This document shows, piece by piece, positions 50,825-64,000 of a stretch of DNA of 64,000 nucleotides. Under the pieces are notes generated by a model. The model did no database searches, was not told where the DNA came from, and saw only the letters and a program-made list of their open reading frames with translations. Position numbers and translations under genes: made by a program. The DNA is from Kudoa neothunni (lineage: Eukaryota > Animalia > Cnidaria), in contig OZ199840.1 in NCBI GenBank assembly GCA_964304625.1, positions 8,911,306 through 8,975,305 of the forward strand, written 5' to 3'. How positions within the stretch are numbered: the stretch's first letter is position 1; each line of letters begins with the position of its first letter.

Positions 50825-52991
50825 CCCCTTCCACCCGAATGATGCCATATGGCATCATCGGATTGATGTCAAAATATCTATTCCATTATTATATCTATCG
50901 TTTAAATCTATAGTTGTACAAAAAATGTAACATATTCTTTATTAAATAAATTTAAAAATTTAGATTAATCTGTCGTTTATATCTTATAAATAGGAAACAA
51001 ATTGCGTGAACGGCATTAACAAAAAATGGATTATTGTATTGATATTAACGGAAATAACGAATCTATATTTTTAAAAATAAAAAATATAATAATTTATTAT
51101 TAAGCAAATAATTTTTAAAATTTGGATCGAATATTAAAAATAATGATGTATAGCGGGTGCGGGAGATAGAACAACGAAAGTGACTCAGAAGAGACTGTCT
51201 CAGAAACAGGATGGATTTTTAATAGGTTCTCCAAAATTCCACAATTTTGTGAATCTGAATTATCGTTTAAAGATATTAATAATACCATTATGGATCCGTA
51301 TTCTTATTTTAATCGGTTCTTCACTGATGAACTATTTGAGTTGATAACTGATGAGACAAATAAATATTCTTCAGTTTTAAATTCAACAATTAAAACAACG
51401 GTTGAAGAAATTCTTTTGCTCGTTGGATTTTCATTCGGATGTCAATTGTAAAACTGCCAAGATACAAAAACGATTGGTCGACGAATTTGAGCTACACTGC
51501 TATAGCTGAACGAATGATCAAAGATAGGTTCGGGCTACTACTGCGATATCTTCCTTTTTGTGATAACAACAACACCATACTATCATCGGACCATCCGGGA
51601 TACGACCGATTTTATAAAATAAAACCTGTCTTAATACAACAAGACAAGCATGTTTGGAAGTCGAACCGGAATACAACCAGTCGATTGACGAGCAGATGAA
51701 ACCATCCAAAGGTAAATCAAATTTAAAACGTTATCTTCCATTAAAACCTACGAAATAGGGGGTTTCAAAGTTTACACAAGAAATAACGCAGGTGGAATAA
51801 TTCGTGATTTCTTTTTTTAGGTGAGCCTAAAATTACTCCCCTAACAAGCGCTGGGAACAAATCATCTGATATCGTGATAAAGCTCTGTTAGACTGACATT
51901 TACGACGAAATCTATCATGTATATTATGATAATTATTTCTCCAACTTTAGTTTACATGATAAATTATTAACTTGCGGTTATTTCTCAACCTCTACCATCA
52001 GAAAAAATCGCATGGATAAATGCGCAACATATGAAAAAGCTAGAACGAGGAAGTTTCGAGTTCGGAATCCACCATTTGAATGGGACCAAAATTACTGTTT
52101 TGAGGTGGCTCGATGGATCCATTGTTAACATATCGTCAACTTATTACTTTGCGTTTACTCTATACCTAGATTCGACAAGAAAGCAAAGATGATAACAATA
52201 ACCTACCCCAACATGGTCAAAATGTACAACAAACACATGGGTGATACTGATTTATTTGACATGCTAATGGACTTGTACCGTTTGGACCACAAATCATGTA
52301 AATGGTTTAACCGAATTTTGTTGGTGTTTAAATCTGTGCCTTCTAAATGGATGGCTTCTCTACCGAAGGCAATGTAATTTGCTTGGTGTAAAAACCAAAC
52401 AAATGATGGATTTGCAAGAGTTTTGCATCGAAGTAAGCTAAGACTTGCTTTTTTTGGTCAAAATGTCAGCTTAATCCCAAAGAGAGGTCGACCGTCTGCT
52501 TCAACTAAGATTTTAAATACTCCAATCTTAGTCGCTATAAGGTATAAACCTAGTGAGAATGGAATAACCTCTAACGCCCGTTTTGATGGATATTATTATT
52601 TTCGAGAGATGTATCAAACCAAAAAAAGGTGGAAATTATGCGGCATGTATTGCAAAACCTTTTGCATTAAATGTAACATGCATCTGTCTCAATAAAGGCA
52701 GAAATTGTTTTTTTCTTACCGTACTAAATAAATATTCATTTGTTAATATATAAATTTTACATTATTTAAAGAAAATCAGTGTTTTTTATATTCACTTAAT
52801 ATAAACGTATACGTAATGGCAACTATCTTACAATTTGAATAGCCGAAGGATGCCATACGGCATCATGTAGTTATTTAATTATTTACTTTTTAAATCAAAG
52901 ATAGTGTATTCCATTTTAATTTTATATCTAGGAATAATATATAACGAAAAATATTTTTTATCAATTTTAAATTTTTTGAGGGCATAAAGGG
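50825..52991 (+). mobile_element. Full-length piggyBac transposon with pseudogenised transposase
   Basis: TTAA|CCC...GGG|TTAA (50821-24, 52992-95). Subterminal palindromes at 50839-50858 and 52849-52866. Frameshifted transposase ~51144-52730 with 'DRFYKIKPV', 'SIDEQM', 'VYYDNYFS', 'YNKHMGDTDLFD' and C-terminal 'KLCGMYCKTFCIKCNMHL'. Confidence 0.93.
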
Positions 52992-55169
52992 TTAAAGTTT
53001 TTCATGTTGCTTTAATCTGTTGTGAAATTAATCAATTAAATTATGATCAGAATTAATTCTAAAACACAAAAAAGTAATATATACACAAATAATAAATATT
53101 CTCGAGTTTATTTCAGGAATTTCTGGCGATAATGTACAACGACTCAATTTTTACAGTTTACTTAACGCAATGAAAAAATCAATTTTTCAAAAAAATCCTT
53201 ATGTAGTCTCAATTTATTTTAATATTTTTAATTTTGAGGATATAGAAAAGAAAATCATCTTTAAATTGAAGAATAAGAATAATAAAAAATAAATAAGGAA
53301 GAGTCAAATAAAAATGCCGAAGACAATTTAAAAAGATTAAATTTAAATATTAATCCTTTTTAATAATTTTATGAATAATTCAAAATTATTTTAAATAAAA
53401 ATTACTCTGATTTAATATTATTTTTAAAATCACAAATAAACTTATCATTTCTCCATAGCCCACAAATAATTCAGCTAAAAATAAACAAATAAATTAATAA
53501 TTTATATAACTAAATGGTTAAATACTTGTATGCAAGATTAGAATGTATATCGTGTGAATAGTATCTTCAAATAAAATTATCACAAAGCATACGTGATACC
53601 AATGTATTTTTTAATGCATTGATACGAAGATTTTTAAAACCAGATAGGGATTATACGACAAAAAAATTCATAAAATCGTGTAACACATTTATGGCATTTG
53701 GACTATTTTATATTCAAATTTTTGATAAAATATTACTTTCCATAATTTCAGTTATTTAAACTTGCTTATATAAACAATTATTTTAATATTATAAAATATT
53801 TTACATTTTCTTTAGTAGAGTTTTTCTAAAAATTAAATTAAAATATAAAAATTACTTTTGAATTTTAACTATTTAAAACAATAAAGTCGGTTATTATACG
53901 TTCGTTAGTTGTTGCACGTTATTTTTTAGAAAACATTTAATTATTCTTGTTTTAAGGTATTTAACAGATTAAAATACAAAAATATATTTATCATCGTTGA
54001 ATTTTCGCACGAATTCAGTCAAAATTTTATCCATTAAATATATTACCAAAAAATATATAAACTAAAAGTCAAATTTTTGCATAATAAACAAGAGTCGAAT
54101 TTATATTTATCTCATTCAAATATGAAAAAATTAATTTGTTCAGTTTGTAAAATATACCCTAATTTTAAAAAGCATCTTTATTCAATTCAACACTCTGGTA
54201 AATAGTTACATTAAAAACTGTGAGTAATATTCAATAACAAGTGCATTAAAATATATGAAGAATGAGGGCATTTGCAGGTTTTTGTAAATAAATAAGAGAT
54301 TAAACATTAGAACGATTTTTCACGAAGTGAGATTTAATTAGAAATCATTTATTGGTGCTCAGTTTTCTCGCTATATATTTATTTGTTTTATTTAAAAGAA
54401 TCGAGAAAAAACATCTGCGACAAAAGATATACAAAATTGTGTTTTTCAGGTGTCACTAGTTTTGACTATATTTATTCATTACTGGTTGATCTCTTCGTTC
54501 TTTGTTGTATGAACTATTTAAATATAACAGTTTATAAAAAAATAAAATCTGTATACAACCTGTGAATAAGAGTTGCTGAAATTAAAACTTACAGTGCCAG
54601 TAGCATCTGCCTTATAATTACAAGAATGACCTCTTTAAAATTCCAAATTTTCGTATCAATAGATATAAATGAAATATTTTATAATAGTTTAATCTGTATA
54701 TGCAGAATAGCTTTTGTCTGTGTTCCTATGTGCGCAAGCGCGACATAATTTACTTCATATAGAAAGACTTTTACGGAACTTTTAGAACTTTAAGTTATTT
54801 ATAAAATTCTTATATTTAATATCACACCTGCGAAAACTTTAATATTATTTAAAAACGCAATATTTTTAAATGTTTAACGGATTACACAATTTAAATAATA
54901 GGATTAAAATTCGCTTATTCCAGAGTCCAGAGTGATGATCTGTCAACATTCCCCCCACATTCTACAATCAACTGTTAATTTGGCATGTCATCAATCCATA
55001 TATATATATATATATTATTATTATTATTATTATTATTATTTTATGTTTAAGCAAGTGTTTCTTTGAATTAACGTATTGATTGTTATTTAAGTTCAAGGGG
55101 ATTAATTCTAACGTTATTTATCATATTCTTTAAAGCATAATATTTTGACCAATTTCTAGTTTAGCCATC

Positions 55170-56038
55170 CGAGCGTTTCTGGGGTTCAAATTGACCCCAG
55201 AACCTATTGTATTATAAGTTTTATATACATAAAAGAATTTGACAATTGTAATATCGTTAGTATTCTCCAAAAATAGATAGTATTTTATAATTATTCAATA
55301 AAAATTTGAAAAAGTGGAATAAACAGCGATATACAGAAAAAAACATACATTTGGTTTTTTGGGGGTTAATTTGACCCTAGGGTTTTTATTGCTTAAACGA
55401 TAACAGTATAATTAAAGAATTGAATGGTTGAGTTTGGTTGAATTCTGTAGGCAGAATATCGAGAAAATAAGGAAAACATATAAACGATGTCATACGCGAT
55501 GACACGGATGTATCCGTTTTACCGCGTCATTCGAACGAAGTTGCCCGAAACATACTGACAAAAGCCTAAGAAAGACTCTGATGAGATTTTTCTCATTGAT
55601 TATGAGAGCGATTCTAACGAATTATTTTATGTAACTTATTCTAATTGTCAAATTTCAGATTCTAGTGGATCTGTCGATAAAGATAAGGATTTGAATGTTT
55701 TTTGCGATAAAACTAATGCTTATGACCTAAACTATATACGAATGGCGATACAACAAAAATTCATATTGTTTACGTGTGATCCAAACTGAGTTAAAATTGT
55801 CCAGTGACTTTTTTTACTTTTTCCCTGTCCCGAGGGGATTACGTAAAAGTGGTTGCCAACAATTTCACACAAATTCGAATTATTTTGTATATGCGCAATA
55901 AAAATTTTGATTGAATTTTACATACGATTACATAACTATTTATTGCATTCAACGATGCAATAACCGCCTGGGGTCAATTTTACCCCAGAAGCACCAAGTG
56001 TATAGTTGATTTTGAGGCGCCCCAAGCCCTAACGTTAA
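55170..56038. mobile_element. Non-autonomous piggyBac-like element / MITE
   Basis: Three GGGGTCAATTTGACCCC-type quasi-palindromes (~55181, ~55361, ~55970), the outer two inverted. The right end runs into TTAA. The left boundary is uncertain. Confidence 0.55.
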
Positions 56039-56169
56039 TCTATTTATTTGTGGATTAAGCTTAAAAATTCATTCCAAAGTAAAAATAAGCGTGAGTTTAC
56101 TAATAAAAAACAAAAAAATCAATAAACAAACTATAAAATAATAAAATTTCTAAACTTCTGCGAATAGGA

Positions 56170-59100
56170 TTAAATGTTGTCAATGAAGATTTTAGTTGAT
56201 TTTTCTTTAAATAATATGACAAGAAGCTTTTCCAAAAATACCAAAATCAATCTCTTATTGAGTTCTTTGAATTGAAACATGTGGAATAATCTAAACGTTA
56301 TCAGTTGAGTCATTTTCTGTTATACAGTACAGAAAAAGATACTTATTAACAGAAAAGGTGATATTTTCTTCATTGAGGAATTTTTTTGCATCCGCTAATA
56401 GCAAATAAATTATCTTCATATTATTAAATATCATGATATATTGTTACAAGGACTGAATCCTATGAAATAGATTCTCGCCAAAACAGATGTCAGTCGTGCG
56501 AACGAATCCTCGTCAAATTGAGCCTTTACGTTGGCGGTTTCCTTATCAACATCTTCTTCGATATAAGAAACCAGACAATCCCTATAGAATAATATTTTAG
56601 TGGAAACGATTCTGCCAAAATTTTCGAAATAAATAATCATTGTTTCACCTACCTTAGTGTATTTATATAGGTGATGGTGTATTCGGTAGTGAGAAGACCA
56701 TCAACAGAGTCTACTAGATATCTTAAAATGCATTTAAGATATCTAGTAGGATTAATTATTGTACTTTGAAAATTTCTCTCCGTAGGTAGCTAAAATAAAC
56801 TGTTTTAGGCCACCAGCCCATTTTCTTGTTATCCAGTTGCTAGAGAAAAAAATTAAATTGCCAGTTGTAAAAAGTGTAAGAATACAATTGTTTAAGGCCG
56901 GCTATTTCCTCTACCAATTGTATAAAAATCACGAGGGTTTGTTCTTCTATGAACTTAAAAATTTATTACAACAAATAAGCGCTGTAAATAATACATCTGG
57001 ATTGAGTTTATTTGCCAATGTAATAAGTTCGTTATTCTACAAATGTACATGAAAAAATATAAAATAATTGCAGCGCTACATAAATATCCCCATTGTAGGC
57101 AATATCACAAGGATAGTTGTTGTCTTTGCGTGGATTTGAGGTGACGTTGTTACTACCTTCACAAAGGTTAGCACTTGAAGACGCGTTTGACAATGATAAT
57201 AGCGTGTTGGTTTGGTTGTCATCACAGTTTATCATGTCATCGCTCCCTACAAGTTAAATCACCATATAAACGAATGAGTTGACATAATGATCAAAATACT
57301 CGTCAACATTTCGTCATTTTTGTACATTGTTGATCTACCGAAAATAACAAAGTGAGTAAACGCCTCCAGATAAATTCCTGTATCGAGCTACCTGTATATA
57401 AGAAGAGCTGTACTGAGACTGCCATTTTGGATGAGTGAAAAATTGTTTCATTTCATCAATAAATTTTTCATTTGTTTTGCAAAATTCAAAATTTAGTAGT
57501 TTCTATTAAAAAAAGTATATAAAATTCACAATCTGTATATTTTTTAAATTATTTATTTACTGATATAAAACTATTGAGCAGCATTTTGCGTTGTTGAACA
57601 AATTCACTTCTTTTATTATCACTAAGAATGTTGTTTTTCTTTGGGAATCCGAAATTTTTCACTTGGCTGAACTATCGAAAAACACATACAAAAGTATTTA
57701 AAAAAAATGGAATACTTTAGTAGAAAGAAGAGTATAAAATTTGAAAAAATCGCTATAACGACGGTATATAGTCATGGTTTCTTTTACATTTTTTTTCTGC
57801 ACCACTACCTCCACCACATACACAGTTACACTTTTGTTATCGAGTTGTTGGTTTTCTACGCGTAGAAACCCAACTCATTTCAATCAACATATACACCTAT
57901 TAGTATTACCAATTCTAATTATATTGATGCTGATAAATTCAAAGGGGTTCAAAGATTTTGTGTTAAAGGTGTTGGGAGTCTTTAAATAAAAAATTTGAGT
58001 TAATATATTAGTAAAATAAAAATGTATGAAATACCCCGATTTCCTCCTCATTTTTTATCAATTCATCATCTAGGTAAAAAATCAAAAAAAAAAGGTCCAC
58101 AGGAAGTTGAAGAGATCACATTTATCCACCAGCTGAGTATCAACCATCTTCAAATGAGCACACATTCTAAATTATTTATAAATATTACAAAAATAACGAT
58201 TATTAATGAATAATTACTCCAAATAAGTTTTGCTGTGAGTGAAACGACCATAGATTTTGTTACTGGAAAGGAGAGAATCGATCTATTATTTTATAAAGCA
58301 TAGAATATAAAATTCAAGTCAATTAAAAGTAGGCGTCTTACAATGGAGTAAAGTTTATCAATTCGAACAAGATCGATACATTTCTCTCGGATTATATGTT
58401 GAAATTCGTTGAAAAAAGAATTATCCAACAGTTGTAGCAGATCATTATTCTATAAAAAATATGAAGATATGATTATTTTCTCAACTAAAAGAATTACACG
58501 GTCCAATTTGAAATCGCCTATCAATGTACACACATCGGTGTGGTATTCGTTCACAATGGGGTCTCTTAACAAAAACAAACCGCTTTTGTAGGCTGCGCTT
58601 TCAACTTGAGGGTGGAATTTATTTTTTCAATAGCTACACATTGATTAACGAGAATATTTTAAAATTTATAAATTATTATATGAAATACTTTAAGAGCAAG
58701 TTGGAGATTAAAATAATGAAAATGTTTGTTCTCACTGAGAAATTCTATTTTTGACATTAGACCAAATTTAAATTAGTAAGATAAATTATCACGTTGAAAA
58801 CTGTTGTTTGCATCAATATTTTCAAGAATGAAGCTATAGGAAAGGATAGGAGCATTGAAATGGACCACATTAGGATTGGTGAGGGGATCTAAGTAGTCAA
58901 TCTCAATGGTTTCAAATCTGATCCTTGGATTCGACATCACTTTCCAATCCCTTCTATTATATTATATTATATTTTATTATATTATATTATCATATTATAT
59001 TTTATTATATTGAATATAGTAAAATTTAAAAAAATATATAAAATTAAATCAAACCTGAAGAATTTCTTCTGTTCTTATTGTGATAGTGCCTGTTTTAAGA

Positions 59101-60810
59101 AGATCAAATTGAATCTGAGATATTCTCTCCAATTCATTCATTAGAAATATATCTTTTGACCAATCTAACAATCATCAGAACACAACATAATGGTGATACC
59201 CACCACCTACATTAGTAGTTATTTAAATACTTTTTTAAACTGTCGTCATTTCCAGCCAACCTAGCCATGTAGCTTGTGATAACATTCTTAAGGCAGTTGA
59301 TATCTTTGCTGTCAGACAAGTACTATGGTAAAGTAGCAAGTTGGATTCATTACGATTGAACCAGACCTTATACTGGTTAGCAAGGATTCAGTGGTAAAAT
59401 AGTCAAATTTATCCAGCTAAATATTATAATATATTTATAAATATATTAGAGAAATATACCTGTGTAATAAAGAAGCGATTAACGAAAGTTGGCTCACTTA
59501 TTTTATTCACTATTTTACCAATTGATCAGCCAATATATTCTATTATAATAGTTGTTTAGTTGTTAATAGAAACAACCACCGAGTGTTGTCAACCAATATT
59601 GAATACATACTTGTAGTGAATAACGTATAAGCTTATTTTTAAACTCGTTATTTGGCAACAAATGATACAATATCATAGATAGTAGATTGTAGAAGTAATC
59701 TAATATAATAATTGTAAATATAAATAAACCACTACATTTATATATATATATATATATATAACTGAAGAGTTGATTATCATCGAAACAGATTTTTTCGAAT
59801 GATTTACGTGTGCATTGTTTTTCAATCGTAAAATATTCCTCTAAACATTTTCTATATTGTACTTTATCTATATTGATATTTTGTGTAGTTATTAAGACGT
59901 AGTTATGTTTGTTGATCGATAAATACTTTGGGGATTTATTAGATTGAACTCGGAATTTTCCAACGACCTCAGATAAATCCTCACATGAGTCAACAGTTCA
60001 TAATTGAATTTCAATGAAAAAAATGCCGTCATATTGTTTGATCTTATCCTATGATTGCAATTTTGTCGAAATTAACAAATGAAAAAGTAAATATTAATTC
60101 AACTACATTGTTGTGATTTCTTGGGCGATCAATATAAGAGTCTCATAGATATATGTGTAGTTGACGCTCTCCGCAGAGATCGAAGAATAATAATGCACCA
60201 CAAACTCTTTCATTATTACCAATATCAACTAAATTGATATTTACTCAAAAAGTATACAAATTATTAATAATATTAATTCATTAAATTGATAAATAATAAA
60301 ATTTATATTATAAAAGACTAAACTTACTGTTTCAATCGATCGATTTAATTTTTCATTGCCACTTTTTATTCTTTTTGTCGTGAGTGATGGCTGGTTTGAA
60401 GCTGAGAATAATTTTCTCCAACGATTCTTGATATTCCCTGCATAAGCCTCTCCAGTGGCCACATTTTTTAGGAGAGAGTCGCTTCTAGATGGTTTTATCA
60501 ATTCGATCGTTTCCAACAAACAACTATTTCCATAACTATAACTCCACAAACTCTCATACAATAACATCGCTCCAATCAACCTACAAATACACACATTCAA
60601 ATTCCCAATCGAATCAGCTTATCCACACAAATAAATTATTGCGAACAAATACCCCACTATCACCCACACCACAGTAAACAACCATCCAATTGTGTATGGA
60701 ATTACCACTAGTATCACCAGAAAAAATGATATTAATTGTATCATGTTTCTATGGGACCAGCCGATAAAGGTAGGGGTAGGGAATAGTTCCCAAGTTTGAT
60801 TCAAACGACA
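56170..60810 (-). CDS. SNX13: Sorting nexin-13-like (TM-PXA-RGS-PX-PXC), many small exons; start uncertain
   Basis: Domains appear in order on the minus strand. TM: 'LISFFLVILVVIPYTIGWLFTVVWVIVG'. PXA: 'LVIMKEFVVHYYSSIS' ... 'ILYHLLPNNEFKNKLIRY' ... 'KISEPTFVN'. RGS: 'FLSENKHFHYFNLQL' ... 'IYGRFTHSKTY'. PX: 'VYVVEV...IYRRYSDFFKFY...FPKK...FVQQRKMLLNSF'. PXC: 'NWITRK..LKQFILATYGEKF', 'LFHMFQFKELNKRLILVFLEKLL'. Confidence 0.85.
56711..56749. repeat. Perfect 17-bp-arm inverted repeat (hairpin) spanning an SNX13 intron/exon junction
   Basis: CTACTAGATATCTTAAA-atgca-TTTAAGATATCTAGTAG. Confidence 0.9.
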
Positions 60811-61498
60811 ATCTATGTGGATGATACGATCGCGTATAAATCAATGTTCGAAGTATAATCCTTGTTTGGTAGGAACCTTATTTTGGTGATAATCGGAAAC
60901 AGTTGCTATGACGATAAATAGTTTGTTTATATGGCTGTTTAAATAAAAACATTTTTTTACAATTTCCTCTAATGTCTCAATAAATACCAAGAATTGAGTA
61001 CATTAATTCTTAATCCTCTCAAGGCTTAAGTAGCGAACTTGAAGGACCGGTGTGTGTGTCGCTGTAAATTTGTTTTGTTATTAGTTAACAAAGGTTTAAC
61101 TTGTAAATAATAGCTAAGAGTAATTTATTCAACATAAAATATTAAGTTAGGCTAATATACACATCTAAGAATTTTGCAGGTACATTATTTATTGGATAAC
61201 AACAAGCAATCATAATCGTCTTTAGTAGAGTAGACCCCTTTATGAAATGATGTAAATTTAATACATACGTTGTTTATTTGGATGAGGTATATTTTATAAT
61301 GTCTGATAATTATGGTTATATTCAATTAATTTATTACTATTATTATTTATTTTTGTTGTTGTTGTTATTATTATTATTATTATTGGGTGGAAATATATTT
61401 TAAAAATTCTGTTTTTTATTCAGTTGTTAAAGTAATTAATAATATATATATTTTAAATTATTTATTGTATTAAATCTAATTCTAAAAAATATTTGAAA

Positions 61499-62670
61499 CC
61501 AGCGCCAACTGCGTAACGTTCCCTGGGGAAGATATCGCGAAGAAATATTTCTTAATAACATTAAAAAATATGGTTTCCAATTGATTTATTGAAGCAGTCA
61601 AACTAAATTTGTTAAGCATCATACATGGTCGATTTTGATTTCGTAATTCAAATCATGGTCATTTCTGTGCAGTAATGTATTAATCATGGTTTTTATTTAA
61701 AAATTTCGTGGCTCAACAAAATCAATAAATAATTTAAGGTCAGCATCATATTTTTTTTGTTCCCAAATTATTTCAACTCTCCTAAAGTATTATTTAAAAC
61801 GTTATTTTTTGGTCCGAGTATTTTTGATAGTCGAATTCTGGCCCAGATCAGAAAATGTGTACATCATTAACTTTTAAGGAATAAAAATTTTAAGTAATAG
61901 ATATAGACGAAAATATAAAAAAATTAATTTTTATTGCTTAAATTAATATTTTTTGGATCCCCTCTAAACTTTAAATCGCTTTTTCCAATAATCAATCACA
62001 AATTGTGTCACTATCAACACAACCTATTTAATTAATTTGGTGAGATAAAAGTACAACCATCCGCGTTGAATTTAATCACAGAAAGTTCAACATATTGAAC
62101 GATTTCAATGAAATTATAATACATGGTTCTTGTATTATAATTAATTTATAAAGCATCAATGCATCTGATGATATCATGCATTATCAAATCACTATTAATG
62201 AAATATATATATATATATATATATATATAGACTTTTCCTCATATTTTAAACCATTAATAGAACTTTTAAAATATACTTATTAAGTCAAATACGTTAAAAC
62301 TCCATATTTAAGATTTAAGGAGTGTATTTGCAAAAAACTGCAAATATACACGCCAACCTTATACATAACGATAGATGACATCGCTTAAATTTTATAAAGT
62401 TTATAAGGTGGAAAATTAATTTTAACCTACCTTCAGCAGGTGTTAATCTTATTGTTTAAAAGCAAGTAATCCGATTAACAAATTTTGAATCGACAAAATC
62501 ACAATTTTCTATACATTTTAGGGAATATTTGGCAGTTTGATAACGATTTATAGATTTTTTGAAACATTAAGATTATTAAAAAATTTCATAAATGTTTCTC
62601 TATAAGGAAAAAATTTGACGCGCGTGCGTGCTTGAGGACACACACATTTCAGCTTTATATATATAGTAGA
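61499..62670 (-). mobile_element. Non-autonomous Helitron-like element, family A copy 2
   Basis: The minus strand begins TCTACTATATATATAAAGCTG..GTGTGTGT and ends ...CGCGATATCTTCCCCAGGGAACG..CTGG. Internal blocks (e.g. ACTTTCTGTGATT.AATTCAA.GC.GATGGTTGTACT) align with 14881-16018. Confidence 0.65.
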
Positions 62671-64000
62671 CAGTATATATTATAATATATAGTAGATAAA
62701 AGATAGATAAAAGATAGTAAATAGTATATGAAGGAAGGAAGTTTAATTATTGATATATCGAAAAATAGTTCAAATAGGCAGAGGCTATTGGCACGACAAA
62801 ATATAAATATAAATGGAATGTTCACTTGCACAATAGATATTAATAATCTCAGAAACTCTTACGTACTTACGCATACGATGTTTAAAGATTTAATTTTTTA
62901 TAATCTACTATCTCTTGTTGTTTCTGACCGCTAAAAACTAGGTAGTGTGTCAGATATAATTAAATATGGTAGAATTTGAAAAATTGAATCTGTAATGGGT
63001 ATAGGAGTAAGAGAAGTTGGTTTTTAAAAATGACATTTGCGCACGCGCATATAAATAATGTATTCTACAGATAGTCTCTACATTAGTTAAACTAGTGTAA
63101 AAGGTAAAAACGACATTAATTTGAAATTACTGTTGAAAATACCTGCGTCAAATTTCAAATTTAAATTCACCGACATTGAAGTACGCATGCGTAAAATCAA
63201 ATGAATTTTGTTAACTTGCACAAAACTTCCCGGCCTTTAAAATGGTATTTCAGGAACAAAAAATCTCTAACAATATTACTAGTCTTCACGATCCCATGCG
63301 TAAGACTGTTGTTGATTTTATAGTACTTATTCTGTTTTAGTACACTCATACTTACGTGCTGCTTGATGCTGTATCTCTCTAGAATGGGCCATATTTAACT
63401 TATTAATTTAGTTGATTAGTATTGGAGCGCTTGATAGGAAGAAATTCGGAACAGTTTCCTTGGAAAACTTTACAAGGAGTTTCGAGTTGACACGGTTGGA
63501 TTGCATCCCTCCCGAGCAGTTCCACCTTCCTTGAAACCATGGGACATTGACTATCGTATCTTATATCGTCATACATGCAATGGCGATTTGGATTAAAAAC
63601 TTCTCTATTGATAAAAAATTATATTTTGTTTTTTTCTTCTAATTTTCGTATTTTTTTTGAAAAATAAATACTAATTTGTTTCACATCGACATCGACATCG
63701 ATTATTTTATTTGAATTTGTAGTCTTAATAATTTAAAAAACATAAGAAATACTTTAGACAGTTTAAAATAATGAGTTGTCCCTCCCTCTGTGTAATATTT
63801 GATTCGAAATCGGATATTTTTTAAATGATTTTTATTGGTGGAATTAATGAATTGAGTTGATTAATTTTTGAAAAATATAGCTTTGATGATGTATATTTAA
63901 AAAATAACCATTGATCAATTTATTAGGCATATAATTTACTTTAGAAGATTGTTTATTCGTTGATTGATATATGATTTATTTAATTAATGTTTTATTTATT

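Noticed and set aside
56170-57460. Separate hypothetical gene suggested by ORFs 56431-56640 and 57032-57235
   Set aside because: These exons are the PXC-containing 3' end of the SNX13-like gene.
63240-63560. ATACTTACGTG (U1-like 5' end) and a possible small spliced gene
   Set aside because: Downstream sequence does not match U1 or U6 snRNA. Candidate exons on either strand could not be joined into a convincing model with a start codon.

Overview
This is very AT-rich eukaryotic (animal-type) genomic DNA with many tiny spliceosomal introns (~40-60 nt), so the ORF track misses or fragments most genes. All gene models below were spliced by hand from GT-AG boundaries and are unverified. The compact introns, divergent proteins and DNA-transposon load suggest a reduced parasitic metazoan such as a myxozoan cnidarian; that taxon guess is inference only. 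Housekeeping genes flank the window: LST8/GbetaL (1594-6667, +), a plasma-membrane-type syntaxin (6960-9266, +) and an SNX13-like PXA-RGS-PX-PXC sorting nexin (~56170-60810, -). Between them lies a ~38-kb accessory island that is almost invisible in the ORF track. It holds eight co-oriented (minus-strand) paralogous 7-exon genes for secreted saposin-like proteins, each with a signal peptide, a degenerate saposin-derived N-domain and a complete 6-Cys SapB domain. It also holds one secreted five-domain Kunitz gene. The genes are interleaved with decayed DNA transposons: Tigger/pogo, several piggyBac elements (one with a nested MITE), an IS630/Tc1 DD34E element, Helitron-like elements and a long-TIR foldback element. 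The saposin array is the best candidate for an undescribed secreted effector/lytic-toxin system.
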